Shown here piece by piece: positions 52,623 through 61,659 of a stretch of DNA of 64,000 nucleotides (its first letter is position 1; every line of letters begins with the position of its first letter). The stretch spans positions 1 to 64,000 of the forward strand of contig JAWSUS010000007.1 in NCBI GenBank assembly GCA_033549025.1, written 5' to 3'. The notes under the pieces are model-generated. The model searched no databases and was not told where the DNA came from. It saw only the letters and a program-made list of their open reading frames with translations. The stretch is from Desulfuromonadales bacterium. GTDB lineage: Bacteria > Desulfobacterota > Desulfuromonadia > Desulfuromonadales > SZUA-540. A program made the translations under genes and the position numbers.

Positions 52623-52784
52623 ATGAAAAAACACCAAAAATTCTTTAAGGTCCTGAATTCATTTTACAGAATCGGTTTATACAATATTGTCGCGGCCATG
52701 GTTGTGTGGTGCTCGATTTTTGTCATCTGGTCGATTGTCAACTTTGTCGTGACCTCAAAAGTGGGCACGGGTGTTTTTATTTAA
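52623..52784 (+). CDS. 53-aa membrane microprotein (Trp36 family)
   Basis: GGAGGTG RBS; MKKHQKFFKVLNSFYRIGLYNIVAAMVVWCSIFVIWSIVNFVVTSKVGTGVFI. Confidence 0.8.
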   Translation: MKKHQKFFKVLNSFYRIGLYNIVAAMVVWCSIFVIWSIVNFVVTSKVGTGVFI

Positions 52785-52810
52785 GTTCATTGAATATTGA
52801 GGTTATTTGA

Positions 52811-52972
52811 ATGAAAACACAGTTCGTTCTTCCCATTGAAATCAGGCACGTTTTTAAAATCGGCCTTTTCATCGTTATATCAATGATTGGGCTTGCCGTG
52901 TCTGTCTTCATTCTTTGGGCGGTTTTTTGTATGGGGAGCGCCTGCATTCAGGTGCTGGCCACTGGCCATTAG
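52811..52972 (+). CDS. 53-aa membrane microprotein (Trp36 family)
   Basis: GAGG RBS; MKTQFVLPIEIRHVFKIGLFIVISMIGLAVSVFILWAVFCMGSACIQVLATGH. Confidence 0.8.
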   Translation: MKTQFVLPIEIRHVFKIGLFIVISMIGLAVSVFILWAVFCMGSACIQVLATGH

Positions 52973-53087
52973 CCGACTGTGCTCTTTGGTAAATAAAGAG
53001 GCTGATCAGGAAATTAGGCAATAGTAAAGAGACCTGGCTTCTCGATTCGATAAGTTGATCTCTAAATTTTTTGTGCTAAATGATGAA

Positions 53088-53855
53088 ATGAACCACTTAT
53101 CCGGACCTATAGATTTTTGGACCACGGATTTATTCCAGAGTAATAAATCAGCGGACAGTGTTCCTGGAAACGAATGTCCATGTTGCGGATCCATTAAAAT
53201 TTATGCTCTGGGTGATGGCCGGAAAAAATGTGGGATTTGTGGGAAAAAGTTCAGTCAAACTGCCAGAAAAAGGCGAATTTCCAAGGTTCTGTTAAGGCAG
53301 GTGGTTGAGCAGTTCGTTGCCATGGTGCCGGCAAAGCAGGCCGCTGGAGTTGTTGGGGTAAATCATAAAACGGCCCTAAGGGTTTACAGGGATATACGGA
53401 GGGCTCTGGTCCGAAAAAATCAGCAATTGGCCCTCCGGTATATGGAGGAATGTCAGTCGACGACAGATATTTTCGCCTGTAGCCCTGGAGAGGAGACTCT
53501 TCCGTTATTTGCTGTGGCAATTCAGAACCAGAAAATAGTGCTCTTACCTGCTCGATACCAAGGGTCGTGGATCAAGGTTCATTTCCCTGCTTCGGTAATT
53601 TATGCTGATCGCATGACAGCGATGACCCTTGATTTTGAAAACTTTGATCAAAAAACGCTTGGAAGCCACGCGGCATCATGGCCTGTAAAACCCTGGTTTT
53701 TTTGGCCTTATGCCAAGGAGCAATTCAAGATTTATCACGGCGGAATGAAGGTCAACTTTTGGCTTTTTTTGCACGAAATGGCCTTTCGATTCAATTTTTC
53801 CCTTTCTGGCGATCAAGAGGAGGGCATCATCGATGACCTTGTCGCCTGTTTATAG
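53088..53855 (+). CDS. IS1595-family transposase-derived protein, catalytically degenerate
   Basis: Zn ribbon CPCC...CGIC, HTH-like segment, VIYAD, and FW..AK...YHG...FLHEMAFRFN. The start codon is uncertain. Confidence 0.65.
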   Translation: MNHLSGPIDFWTTDLFQSNKSADSVPGNECPCCGSIKIYALGDGRKKCGICGKKFSQTARKRRISKVLLRQVVEQFVAMVPAKQAAGVVGVNHKTALRVYRDIRRALVRKNQQLALRYMEECQSTTDIFACSPGEETLPLFAVAIQNQKIVLLPARYQGSWIKVHFPASVIYADRMTAMTLDFENFDQKTLGSHAASWPVKPWFFWPYAKEQFKIYHGGMKVNFWLFLHEMAFRFNFSLSGDQEEGIIDDLVACL

Positions 53856-53909
53856 AAAGACCGTTTTAAACGGTCATGTGTTTTTCACTTTTAATGGAGG
53901 AGCGATGAA

Positions 53910-55748
53910 ATGAAGTTCTGCCGAATTCTCACTGTAGTTCTTGGTGTTTGGCTACTGGGTGCTGCTGTTCCTGCCCTGGCCAAAATGGCCCCCGATCCGA
54001 ATGCCTGTCTTCAGTGTCATGAAGATGTGGTATCAGCCGCCGAATTTATGGATTCGGTCCACGGGAAAAATGCCTGTACAAGCTGCCATGTAGAAGTTAC
54101 TGATCTGGATGAGCACTTGGCAGGGAATATTGAAATCAGCCCTGTAAATTGCGCGACCTGTCATTCCAATGAGGATAAAGCCCACGTTGACAGCGTGCAT
54201 GCCGAAAGCGGTATCGGCTGTGTTGAGTGCCACTCGGACATTCATGGCCAGCAAAAAATGGATAGTTCCAAAGTGGCCTTGGTGGAAAAATGCAGTGAGT
54301 GCCACGATGTCGAAAGCTATGTCCAGTCAAGCCATGGTATGGCCATTGCGGCCGGTAAAAATGATTCCGCCGCCTGTAACGATTGTCATGGTGTTCACAA
54401 CATAGCCAGGGTTCCGGACCCGGACACTGCAGAAGGTGGCGCCTTCAAATCAGCACCCTGTATTGCATGCCATGCTGATGAAGAAAAGATGGAGCATGCC
54501 GGGGTCAATGCCCATGCGGTAGAAACTTACCTCGAAAGTTACCATGGAAAGAATTACCGCCTTGGTTTTCCTCAGCAATCCGCCGGCTGCGCCGATTGCC
54601 ACAGTAGTCATGGTGTTCTGCCGCCTAGTCATGCTGAATCAACCATTGGCGAGGCGAAGATCGTCGAAACCTGTGCCACCTGCCATCCTAAAGCCACATC
54701 GCAATTTACCAAATTTTATGCACATGGCGATCATGGCGATCGGGAAAATTACCCGATCATGTATTACACCTTTATCAGTATGACGGGTCTTCTGGTCGGA
54801 ACGTTCGCCGTCTTCTGGATTCACACCCTCCTGTGGATGTTCCGCGGTTTTGTTGAAAACAGACAAAAGGCAGCCGCTCTAGCTGCGGGACACGAAGAAC
54901 ATCATATCTCCGAAGCCCACAAACAATATCGACGGTTTGAAAAACGTCATATTTTCCTGCACCTTACCGTAATAATCAGCTTCCTCGGGCTGTCCCTTAC
55001 CGGTTTGCCTCTGAAATTTGCTGATCAGCCTTGGGCCCAAACCATGATGTCGTTCTTTGGTGGGGTCCATTATGCTGGCCTTATTCATCGAGGGTGCGCG
55101 ATCCTGACCTTCTATTATTTCGTCGGCGCCATCCTGATGAGCATCGACTTCCTGTTTGTTCGCAAGGACATTAAAGCTCATCCCTTTGTCAGGCTGTTCG
55201 GCCCGGACTCTTTGATGCCAAACTTCCGGGATGTCCGCGATGTGACCGCGATGGTGCGCTGGTTCTTTTTCAAAGGGCCCAAGCCGACTTTTGAGCGGTG
55301 GACTTACTGGGAAAAATTCGATTTCCTCGCGGTCTTTTGGGGTATGTTTGCCATCGGCGGTTCCGGTCTGTTGCTGTGGTTTCCGGAAATTTTCGGCACC
55401 TTCCTGCCGGGCTGGATGTTCAACGTGGCGACCATCATACATTCCGATGAAGCGCTGTTGGCCACCGGGTTTATTTTTACTGTTCACTTCTTCAACACCC
55501 ATGGCCGTCCCGAAAAGTTCCCCATGGATTTTGTAATCTTCAATGGGCAAATGTCCAAAGAGGAATTTGTTGAAGAGCGTGGCGATCAATGGAAGCGTTA
55601 CGAAGAGGAAGGTACGACGGAGAATTACGTTGTCACCAAACCCAGCGGGGTGTTGTATGACTTCTTCTTCAAAGGATTTGGTTTCCTCGCCTTCTTCACG
55701 GGAATCACCCTGGCCATCCTGATGCTCTACGCATTTATCAGCGGATAG
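53910..55748 (+). CDS. cbcL: CbcL-type inner-membrane c/b cytochrome (9-heme c domain plus cytochrome b domain)
   Basis: Nine CxxCH motifs, then TM helices with LTGLPLKF, YWEKFDFLAVFWG, IIHSDEALLA and VHFFN. Confidence 0.85.
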   Translation: MKFCRILTVVLGVWLLGAAVPALAKMAPDPNACLQCHEDVVSAAEFMDSVHGKNACTSCHVEVTDLDEHLAGNIEISPVNCATCHSNEDKAHVDSVHAESGIGCVECHSDIHGQQKMDSSKVALVEKCSECHDVESYVQSSHGMAIAAGKNDSAACNDCHGVHNIARVPDPDTAEGGAFKSAPCIACHADEEKMEHAGVNAHAVETYLESYHGKNYRLGFPQQSAGCADCHSSHGVLPPSHAESTIGEAKIVETCATCHPKATSQFTKFYAHGDHGDRENYPIMYYTFISMTGLLVGTFAVFWIHTLLWMFRGFVENRQKAAALAAGHEEHHISEAHKQYRRFEKRHIFLHLTVIISFLGLSLTGLPLKFADQPWAQTMMSFFGGVHYAGLIHRGCAILTFYYFVGAILMSIDFLFVRKDIKAHPFVRLFGPDSLMPNFRDVRDVTAMVRWFFFKGPKPTFERWTYWEKFDFLAVFWGMFAIGGSGLLLWFPEIFGTFLPGWMFNVATIIHSDEALLATGFIFTVHFFNTHGRPEKFPMDFVIFNGQMSKEEFVEERGDQWKRYEEEGTTENYVVTKPSGVLYDFFFKGFGFLAFFTGITLAILMLYAFISG

Positions 55749-55816
55749 TCCGTATCGTTTCGGCATATATAAAAAGGCCCCTGGGGTATCCGGGGGCCTT
55801 AAAGGAGTAGCGAATA

Positions 55817-56047
55817 ATGGCAAATAAACAGGGAATCGGTTTGGCTGTAGTCGCTTTTGCCCTTTATATCATCGGTGGAGTCAGTACTTTCGGTGGGCTC
55901 ATTCTTATGGGAATGATGCGGGACCAAAATGTGCTGGGGTGGGGCGATGGTACCGGTATCGGCAGTCTTTTTCTCGCTGCCGGACTGTGCCTTTCCATTC
56001 TTGGTGTTCTGCTTATGCGACTTTTCCGCAACAGGGGCTTTGCTTGA
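55817..56047 (+). CDS. Small two-TM membrane protein downstream of cbcL
   Basis: AAGGAG RBS; 76 aa, hydrophobic. Confidence 0.7.
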   Translation: MANKQGIGLAVVAFALYIIGGVSTFGGLILMGMMRDQNVLGWGDGTGIGSLFLAAGLCLSILGVLLMRLFRNRGFA

Positions 56048-56050
56048 AAA

Positions 56051-56722
56051 TCAGTATCCTTTGTGGAATAGCCTTTTAAGAGCCGGTGTGACGACTTTCC
56101 GGAGCCACAGCATTAACCAGCCAAGCGGTGTCCCTTTAAGACGTATTTCATCGAGCAGTATTTGTTTTTCCGATAGGGCATGCTGGTCATTAGGGTTGAT
56201 GGCCAGCGCTTTATCGAGGTAGGTTAGGGCTTCCTCCTCCCGACGCAGCCGGGAAAGAGAAACCCCCTTGTTCCGGATGGCATGGGTATTTTCCGGCTCG
56301 ATATCTAAAACGCGATCGAAGCACTGAAGGGCCAGATCGTCCATCATCAGTTTGGATAGGCAGACGCCCTTCTGGCCTAAGGCAGTCACGTTTTTATCGT
56401 TCAGTTGCAGGGCCCTGTCCAGCATGGCAATGGATTCCCTGACGCGCGCCAAAATAGAGAGAACGACCCCGTAATTGGCAAACAGAAAATCCGCTGCCGG
56501 GGCTTTTTCAACGGCCTCCGCCAGCAGTTTCTCGCCCTGCTTTAAATCCCCTTCCAGGCAAAAGGCTTCCCCCTCAAAAAACAGGGCAAATCCTACATCG
56601 CCATTGTCTCGGGCTTCTTTGGCTACCTGCCGAGACAGAGCGATGGCGTCATCAGAACTGGTTTCTTCCAGGTCGGCAATCTGTTGGAATGCCTCAAAGT
56701 ATTTCTGAATGTCCTGAGCCAT
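56051..56722 (-). CDS. TPR-repeat protein
   Basis: Repeated A...KG..LS.L...AL...D.AL...P pattern; AAAGGAAAGG RBS. Confidence 0.8.
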   Translation of the reverse strand: MAQDIQKYFEAFQQIADLEETSSDDAIALSRQVAKEARDNGDVGFALFFEGEAFCLEGDLKQGEKLLAEAVEKAPAADFLFANYGVVLSILARVRESIAMLDRALQLNDKNVTALGQKGVCLSKLMMDDLALQCFDRVLDIEPENTHAIRNKGVSLSRLRREEEALTYLDKALAINPNDQHALSEKQILLDEIRLKGTPLGWLMLWLRKVVTPALKRLFHKGY

Positions 56723-56792
56723 GGTATGCCTTTCCTTTCGGTAGGTTGGTGGACAAGCTCGATGATAGCAAATCAAGTGTTAGGCTCAAACC

Positions 56793-56827
56793 AAAAAAAG
56801 GGTGCATCCCGAGGAATGCACCCTTTT
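56793..56827 (-). terminator. Terminator after atpE
   Basis: AAAAAAAGGGTGCAT...ATGCACCCTTTT. Confidence 0.75.
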
Positions 56828-56849
56828 CTGTCGACCAGTGGAACGAACC

Positions 56850-57116
56850 TTACTTCGCGAGAAGCTGCAGAACGTTTTCGGTGAAGGGGTTGGCGAAGAG
56901 GATGATCATCGCTACAACGAAAACGTAGATAGCGAGGGACTCGATCATCGCCAGACCGATCATCATGGTGGTCAGGATTTTGCCGCTAGCGCCGGGATTG
57001 CGAGCAACACCTTCAACAGCGCTCTTAATAGCGAGACCCTGGCCAAGGCCGGTTCCGAAAGAACCGATAGCCATACCGAAACCTGCAGCGATCATGCACC
57101 AAGCAAAAAATTCCAT
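56850..57116 (-). CDS. atpE: ATP synthase Fo subunit c
   Basis: GxGxGQG, ARNP loop and IESLAIY. Confidence 0.95.
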   Translation of the reverse strand: MEFFAWCMIAAGFGMAIGSFGTGLGQGLAIKSAVEGVARNPGASGKILTTMMIGLAMIESLAIYVFVVAMIILFANPFTENVLQLLAK

Positions 57117-57189
57117 GTTACTTCTCCTTCTTTTCTGGGTTTATTGTTCCTATATGATATAGGACCTGGGTTTGACAAATATTAAGAAT

Positions 57190-57864
57190 TTAGTGGGCTT
57201 CCTCAAGCGCGCCAGCAATGTAGATCATGGCCAGCAGCGTGAAAACAAAGGCCTGGATAAAGGCGACCAGAACGCCCATCAGCATCATTGGTACGGGGAG
57301 GAGGAAAGGCACAAGAGCCAGGAAAATCATAAGGACGATTTCATGCCCGTACATGTTTCCGAACAGACGCAGAGAAAGGGACAGCGGCCGAGCCAGGTGG
57401 CCGATTATTTCAATGATGAAAATAAGAGGAGCCAGCACAAGAATGGGCCCCATGAAATGCTTTAAATAACTGATGCCATGCTCTTTAAGGCCAATGATAT
57501 GCGTCATGGCGAAGACGGTCAGAGCCAGGGCGCCGTTTGTGTTGAGGTTGGCCGTCGGCGGATAGAAGCCGGGGATGAGAGCGATCAGGTTGGAAACCAG
57601 GATGAACAAAGCAAAAGTGGCGATCAAGGGAAAGTAGGCTTTGCCCTTGGGCCCCATGGTTTCCTCGATCAGGTTTTCTACCCCGGAAACGACGGCTTCC
57701 ATGAAGTTCTGCATCCCTTTGGGGACGATTTGTACGCTACGCGAAGCGAGAAAGGCGACCAGGAGAAGCAGGATCATGACGAACCAGGTGTAGGTCACGT
57801 GTTCACCGATGTGAACGTGAAGTTGCTGTTCAAGCCATTGCAAAAAGAGAAACGGGTGAGTCAT
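57190..57864 (-). CDS. atpB: ATP synthase Fo subunit a
   Basis: LSLRLFGNM and IQAFVFTLL motifs. Confidence 0.95.
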   Translation of the reverse strand: MTHPFLFLQWLEQQLHVHIGEHVTYTWFVMILLLLVAFLASRSVQIVPKGMQNFMEAVVSGVENLIEETMGPKGKAYFPLIATFALFILVSNLIALIPGFYPPTANLNTNGALALTVFAMTHIIGLKEHGISYLKHFMGPILVLAPLIFIIEIIGHLARPLSLSLRLFGNMYGHEIVLMIFLALVPFLLPVPMMLMGVLVAFIQAFVFTLLAMIYIAGALEEAH

Positions 57865-57884
57865 GACAGTTTATGCCTCCTCGC

Positions 57885-58244
57885 TCAGAAAGAACGTTTC
57901 AGGGTCGTCCAGATAATGTTGATAACCACAACCGACAATCCCAAGGCCAGGCCGACTGGATGTACCTTTAGTACGACAATCAGGACAACCAGGATGGCAG
58001 CTAAGGCTCCCAGCCGAATAAAATAGCTGAGTTTAAAGCCCCTGGCGGATTGTTGCTGTGGATCTCCTATAAGCTTTTTCAGTGAAAAGTGCAGCCAGTG
58101 GTAACCCGTTATGGCTACAAGTCCCCCGGTTAGCACACCGAGAACAAACGGGAGTGATGTGCTGAAACTGCTCAGGGCAACCAGGATTCCGAGAATGAGC
58201 CAGTTGCGGCGGGACAGGTCACGCAGCAGGGTGTCGTCATTCAT
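57885..58244 (-). CDS. atpI: ATP synthase subunit I-like protein
   Basis: Four-TM protein directly upstream of atpB. Confidence 0.75.
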   Translation of the reverse strand: MNDDTLLRDLSRRNWLILGILVALSSFSTSLPFVLGVLTGGLVAITGYHWLHFSLKKLIGDPQQQSARGFKLSYFIRLGALAAILVVLIVVLKVHPVGLALGLSVVVINIIWTTLKRSF

Positions 58245-58491
58245 TTCCGCTGGAGTCCTGATTTTCCTTCTCCTGCCGTTTGAGCTCGCGGTCAGTCAGA
58301 ATGTAGATATTCCGAAAACCCGAGATGATCCCCAGAAGAAGAAATATAAGGGTAAACCAGGGGGAGGTATCAAGCCACCTGTCCAGGTAGTATCCCATGG
58401 CCAGGCCGATAAAGGTGCTGGCAACCATGGATATTCCTACACTCGACAGGAATCCGACGGTCTTGATCAGTTGACGTCTATCTTCAGCCAT
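58237..58491 (-). CDS. AtpZ/AtpI-family protein
   Basis: GYYLDRWLDTSPWF...LLGI..GF motif. Confidence 0.85.
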   Translation of the reverse strand: MAEDRRQLIKTVGFLSSVGISMVASTFIGLAMGYYLDRWLDTSPWFTLIFLLLGIISGFRNIYILTDRELKRQEKENQDSSGNE

Positions 58492-58587
58492 GAACCCCTT
58501 TTGGGCCTACCACTTACACCGCCCCATAAAAACCAGCCCTTATTAGCACAGGGACTATTTCATGTCAACCACGTTTATGGTGGTTAA

Positions 58588-59334
58588 TCAGTTGGATCCA
58601 CGTTTTCTGCCTTTCCAGTCGCGGAGGCTCCAGGACAGTTGGCTGCAGATGCCCCTCAGCAAAGCATGGTCCTCTACGCTAAGTCCGGCCCGGTGCGTGA
58701 GTTGACGTATCCGATGCATAACCGCGTCAGGGCGAGATGGATTGAGGAAGGCCGTACGGGTCAGAATTGATTCAATCTGGCCAAACAATTCCTCTAGATC
58801 TCCCTGGCTGGGGTGGGGGGACGTGGTGGTCGAAGAGGTGGGTTTAGGGGTGCGGGCCATCTCGTACAGAAAGAGTATGACGGCTTGCGCGAGGTTGAGC
58901 GAGCCAAGTGTGGCGGAGGTCTCGATGGTGGCGGCATGGGAACAGAGGGAGACTTCTTCGCTGGTCAGACCCGAGTCTTCGCGGCCAAAGACCAGACCGA
59001 ATCGGCCCTGCGGGGGCAGATTTTGCTGCAAAGCCGGAACTTCCGTAATGTCTAGAAGTTCACCCCTAAGCCTGCCCGAGCGCCGTGTGGTGGCCACCGA
59101 AAGAGTTAGATCACTTACGGCGGCGGCCAGATCGGGGAAGAGGCGGGCCTCGCCGAGCAGGTGGTTGGCCGCCACCGCGAATTTTCTGGCTTCGGCATGG
59201 AGGTGTTGGCAAGGGTTGACCAAGCGAAGATCGCCGCAGCCGAAGTTGGCCATGGCTCTGCACACCATGCCGATGTTGCCGGGGCTTTGCGGTTCGACCA
59301 GGATAATGCTGATATGGGCCAAAGAAGGGATCAT
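58588..59334 (-). CDS. TrmJ/TrmH-family RNA methyltransferase
   Basis: PGNIGMVCRAM.NFG, VFGREDSGL and SLNLAQAV motifs. Confidence 0.9.
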   Translation of the reverse strand: MIPSLAHISIILVEPQSPGNIGMVCRAMANFGCGDLRLVNPCQHLHAEARKFAVAANHLLGEARLFPDLAAAVSDLTLSVATTRRSGRLRGELLDITEVPALQQNLPPQGRFGLVFGREDSGLTSEEVSLCSHAATIETSATLGSLNLAQAVILFLYEMARTPKPTSSTTTSPHPSQGDLEELFGQIESILTRTAFLNPSRPDAVMHRIRQLTHRAGLSVEDHALLRGICSQLSWSLRDWKGRKRGSN

Positions 59335-59430
59335 AACCGCCGCCGATGAGACAAAATAAAAGGGCCACCTCTGGGGATCCGGCCTCAGAGGTGGCGGCAT
59401 GGAATTTAATGGTCGCGGAGAATCGGCCGG

Positions 59431-60726
59431 TTAAGCCCTGTCATGAAGGGCTTTAAAAGAGGCCCGGGCCGCCTCAATGGTCTGGTCAAGGTCATCGGTG
59501 GAGTGTTCCGCGCTCATGAAACCGGCCTCGAACTGGCTCGGCGCCAGATTGATGCCTCTGTCGAGCATCGACCGGAAGAATCTTCCAAAGGATGCCGTGT
59601 CGCTTTTGGATGCATCGGCGAAAGAGTAAACGGGTCCTTCGGTGAAGTAGGTGCAGAACATGCCGCCGACGCGCTGCAGACAGGTGGCAAAGGGGGCCGA
59701 TTTGGCTGCTTCGACAAGGCCTTTTGCAAGATAGGCACTTTTCTCCTCAATGCGCTGATAGAATCCTTCTTCCTTTAAAAGCTGCAGAGTGGCGATGCCC
59801 GCACTCATGGCCAGAGGATTGCCTGAGAGCGTACCGGCCTGATAGACGCCCCCTTCAGGGGACAGCTGTTCCATGATTTCCCGTTTGCCGCCAAAGGCGC
59901 CCACGGGAAGGCCGCCGCCAATAATTTTGCCCAGGCAGACGAGGTCACCCCGGACACCGAAGCGTTCCTGGGCGCCGCCATAGGCCACGCGGAAGCCGGT
60001 CATGACTTCATCGATAACAAGGAGTATGCCCTCGCGATCGCAGAGAGAACGCAAGCCGGCCAGAAAGCCCTCTCTGGGGGGGACGCACCCCATGTTGCCG
60101 GCGATCGGTTCAAGAATAATGCAGGCTACCTCGCCTTTGTTGGCCTCAGCGAGGCGCGTGACGTCATCGAGGTCGTTATAGGTGGCGGTCAGCGTGTATT
60201 TGGCAAAATCCGCCGGCACGCCGGGGGATGTCGGAACGCCAAAGGTGGCCGCCCCGGAACCGGCTTTCACGAGGAGGGAGTCGGCATGGCCATGGTAGCA
60301 GCCATCAAACTTGATGATCTTGTCCCGGCCGGTGAAGCCACGAGCCAGACGGATAGCGCTCATGGTCGCTTCGGTTCCAGACGAAACCATGCGCACTTTT
60401 TCGATGTTGGGATAGGCTTCACAGACCATTTCAGCCAGGGTGATCTCTTTCTCGGTGGGGGCTCCGAAAGAGGCGCCGCTGTCGGCGGCCGACTTGATGG
60501 CTTCAACCACCTTGGGATGGCAGTGCCCGAGAATCATCGGTCCCCAGGAGCCGACGTAATCAATGTAGCTGTTGCCATCGACGTCGTAAAGCCGGGATCC
60601 CTGGGCGCGACTGATGAAAACAGGGTCACATCCAACCGACTTGAAGGCTCTGACGGGACTGTTGACCCCGCCGGGTATGCTTTTCTTCGCCTGGGTAAAG
60701 AGTGTGGTGGACTTCTCGTGGTTCAT
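59431..60726 (-). CDS. hemL: Glutamate-1-semialdehyde 2,1-aminomutase
   Basis: [20 protein letters not shown] and [11 protein letters not shown] motifs. Confidence 0.97.
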   Translation of the reverse strand: MNHEKSTTLFTQAKKSIPGGVNSPVRAFKSVGCDPVFISRAQGSRLYDVDGNSYIDYVGSWGPMILGHCHPKVVEAIKSAADSGASFGAPTEKEITLAEMVCEAYPNIEKVRMVSSGTEATMSAIRLARGFTGRDKIIKFDGCYHGHADSLLVKAGSGAATFGVPTSPGVPADFAKYTLTATYNDLDDVTRLAEANKGEVACIILEPIAGNMGCVPPREGFLAGLRSLCDREGILLVIDEVMTGFRVAYGGAQERFGVRGDLVCLGKIIGGGLPVGAFGGKREIMEQLSPEGGVYQAGTLSGNPLAMSAGIATLQLLKEEGFYQRIEEKSAYLAKGLVEAAKSAPFATCLQRVGGMFCTYFTEGPVYSFADASKSDTASFGRFFRSMLDRGINLAPSQFEAGFMSAEHSTDDLDQTIEAARASFKALHDRA

Positions 60727-60962
60727 GGGGCCCCCTTTTTCGCCCGGAAGGCGTGTTGAGAATGATGGATGTGACTTTTTGTTTGAGTCAAGGTGAGTAG
60801 AGGACTTGCTTAACACAGGGGCCATAACATGTCAAGAAGGTGAAAAATAACAGGAAGTTGTCAGCAGGTGCCGGGAGCCTTGATGGGGTGTGAAAATCGT
60901 GACAGGCGATTCGGCGGCAGAGGACTCCAGTTTTTAATCTGGCTGTCCGGGCGCATAACAAG

Positions 60963-60991
60963 TTGACAATGTTACGGTCTTATCTTATAAA
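60963..60991 (+). promoter_or_regulatory. Sigma70-type promoter of the rnf operon
   Basis: TTGACA-17 bp-TATAAA. Confidence 0.65.
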
Positions 60992-61050
60992 AACCGCTCA
61001 GACCAATCGGTATTTTTTGGGCTGTGTCCGCAGCCGCGCAGGGAGTATGC

Positions 61051-61632
61051 ATGGCCGAGCTTTTACTGATTCTGGTCGGTGCCATTTTCGTCAATAACTT
61101 CGTTCTTGCACGATTTCTTGGCATCTGTCCTTTCCTCGGAGTTTCCAAAAAAGTCGAAACAGCCCTCGGCATGGGGATGGCGGTCACTTTCGTCATGACC
61201 ATTGCCGCCGTGGTTACCTGGTTCATTCAATATTTCGTTCTCAATCCCTTTGGTCTCGAATACCTGCAGACCATTGCCTTTATTCTGGTCATTGCCTCGC
61301 TCGTCCAGTTGGTTGAGATGGTCATTCAGAAAGCCAGCCCCGTTCTCTATCAGTCGCTGGGCATTTTTCTTCCCCTTATAACGACCAACTGTGCGGTGCT
61401 GGGGTTGGCGGTGCTGAATATTCAGAAAGAGTACACCTTTCTGGAAAGCGTCATTTTCGCCATCGGGGCGGCGCTGGGCTTCACACTGGCCATGGTTCTT
61501 TTTGCCGGCTTGCGTGAGCGGGTCGATATGTGTCCCGTGCCGCGGAGTTTTCAGGGAACGGCCATCGCTCTGGTGACGGCAGGATTATTGTCGCTGGCAT
61601 TTATGGGTTTTGCCGGGCTGGTCAAAGGATAG
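61051..61632 (+). CDS. rnfA: Rnf complex subunit A
   Basis: [11 protein letters not shown] and [12 protein letters not shown] motifs. Confidence 0.95.
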   Translation: MAELLLILVGAIFVNNFVLARFLGICPFLGVSKKVETALGMGMAVTFVMTIAAVVTWFIQYFVLNPFGLEYLQTIAFILVIASLVQLVEMVIQKASPVLYQSLGIFLPLITTNCAVLGLAVLNIQKEYTFLESVIFAIGAALGFTLAMVLFAGLRERVDMCPVPRSFQGTAIALVTAGLLSLAFMGFAGLVKG

Positions 61633-61659
61633 GCCTCAGGCTGGAGGAAGACGAGTCGC

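Noticed and set aside
50659..52972. Microproteins as Flp/type IV pilins, lipoproteins or RiPP precursors
   Set aside because: They lack a G|xxxxE prepilin motif. Cys40 is late, is not in a lipobox and is absent in two members. No peptidase, transporter or modifying enzyme is adjacent.
56850..58491. Fo genes without F1 genes as an anomaly
   Set aside because: Split atp operons are normal in this group of bacteria.
60889..60905. Rex-like operator upstream of rnfA (TGTGAAAATCGTGACA)
   Set aside because: The right half deviates from TTCACA, which is too weak to call by eye.
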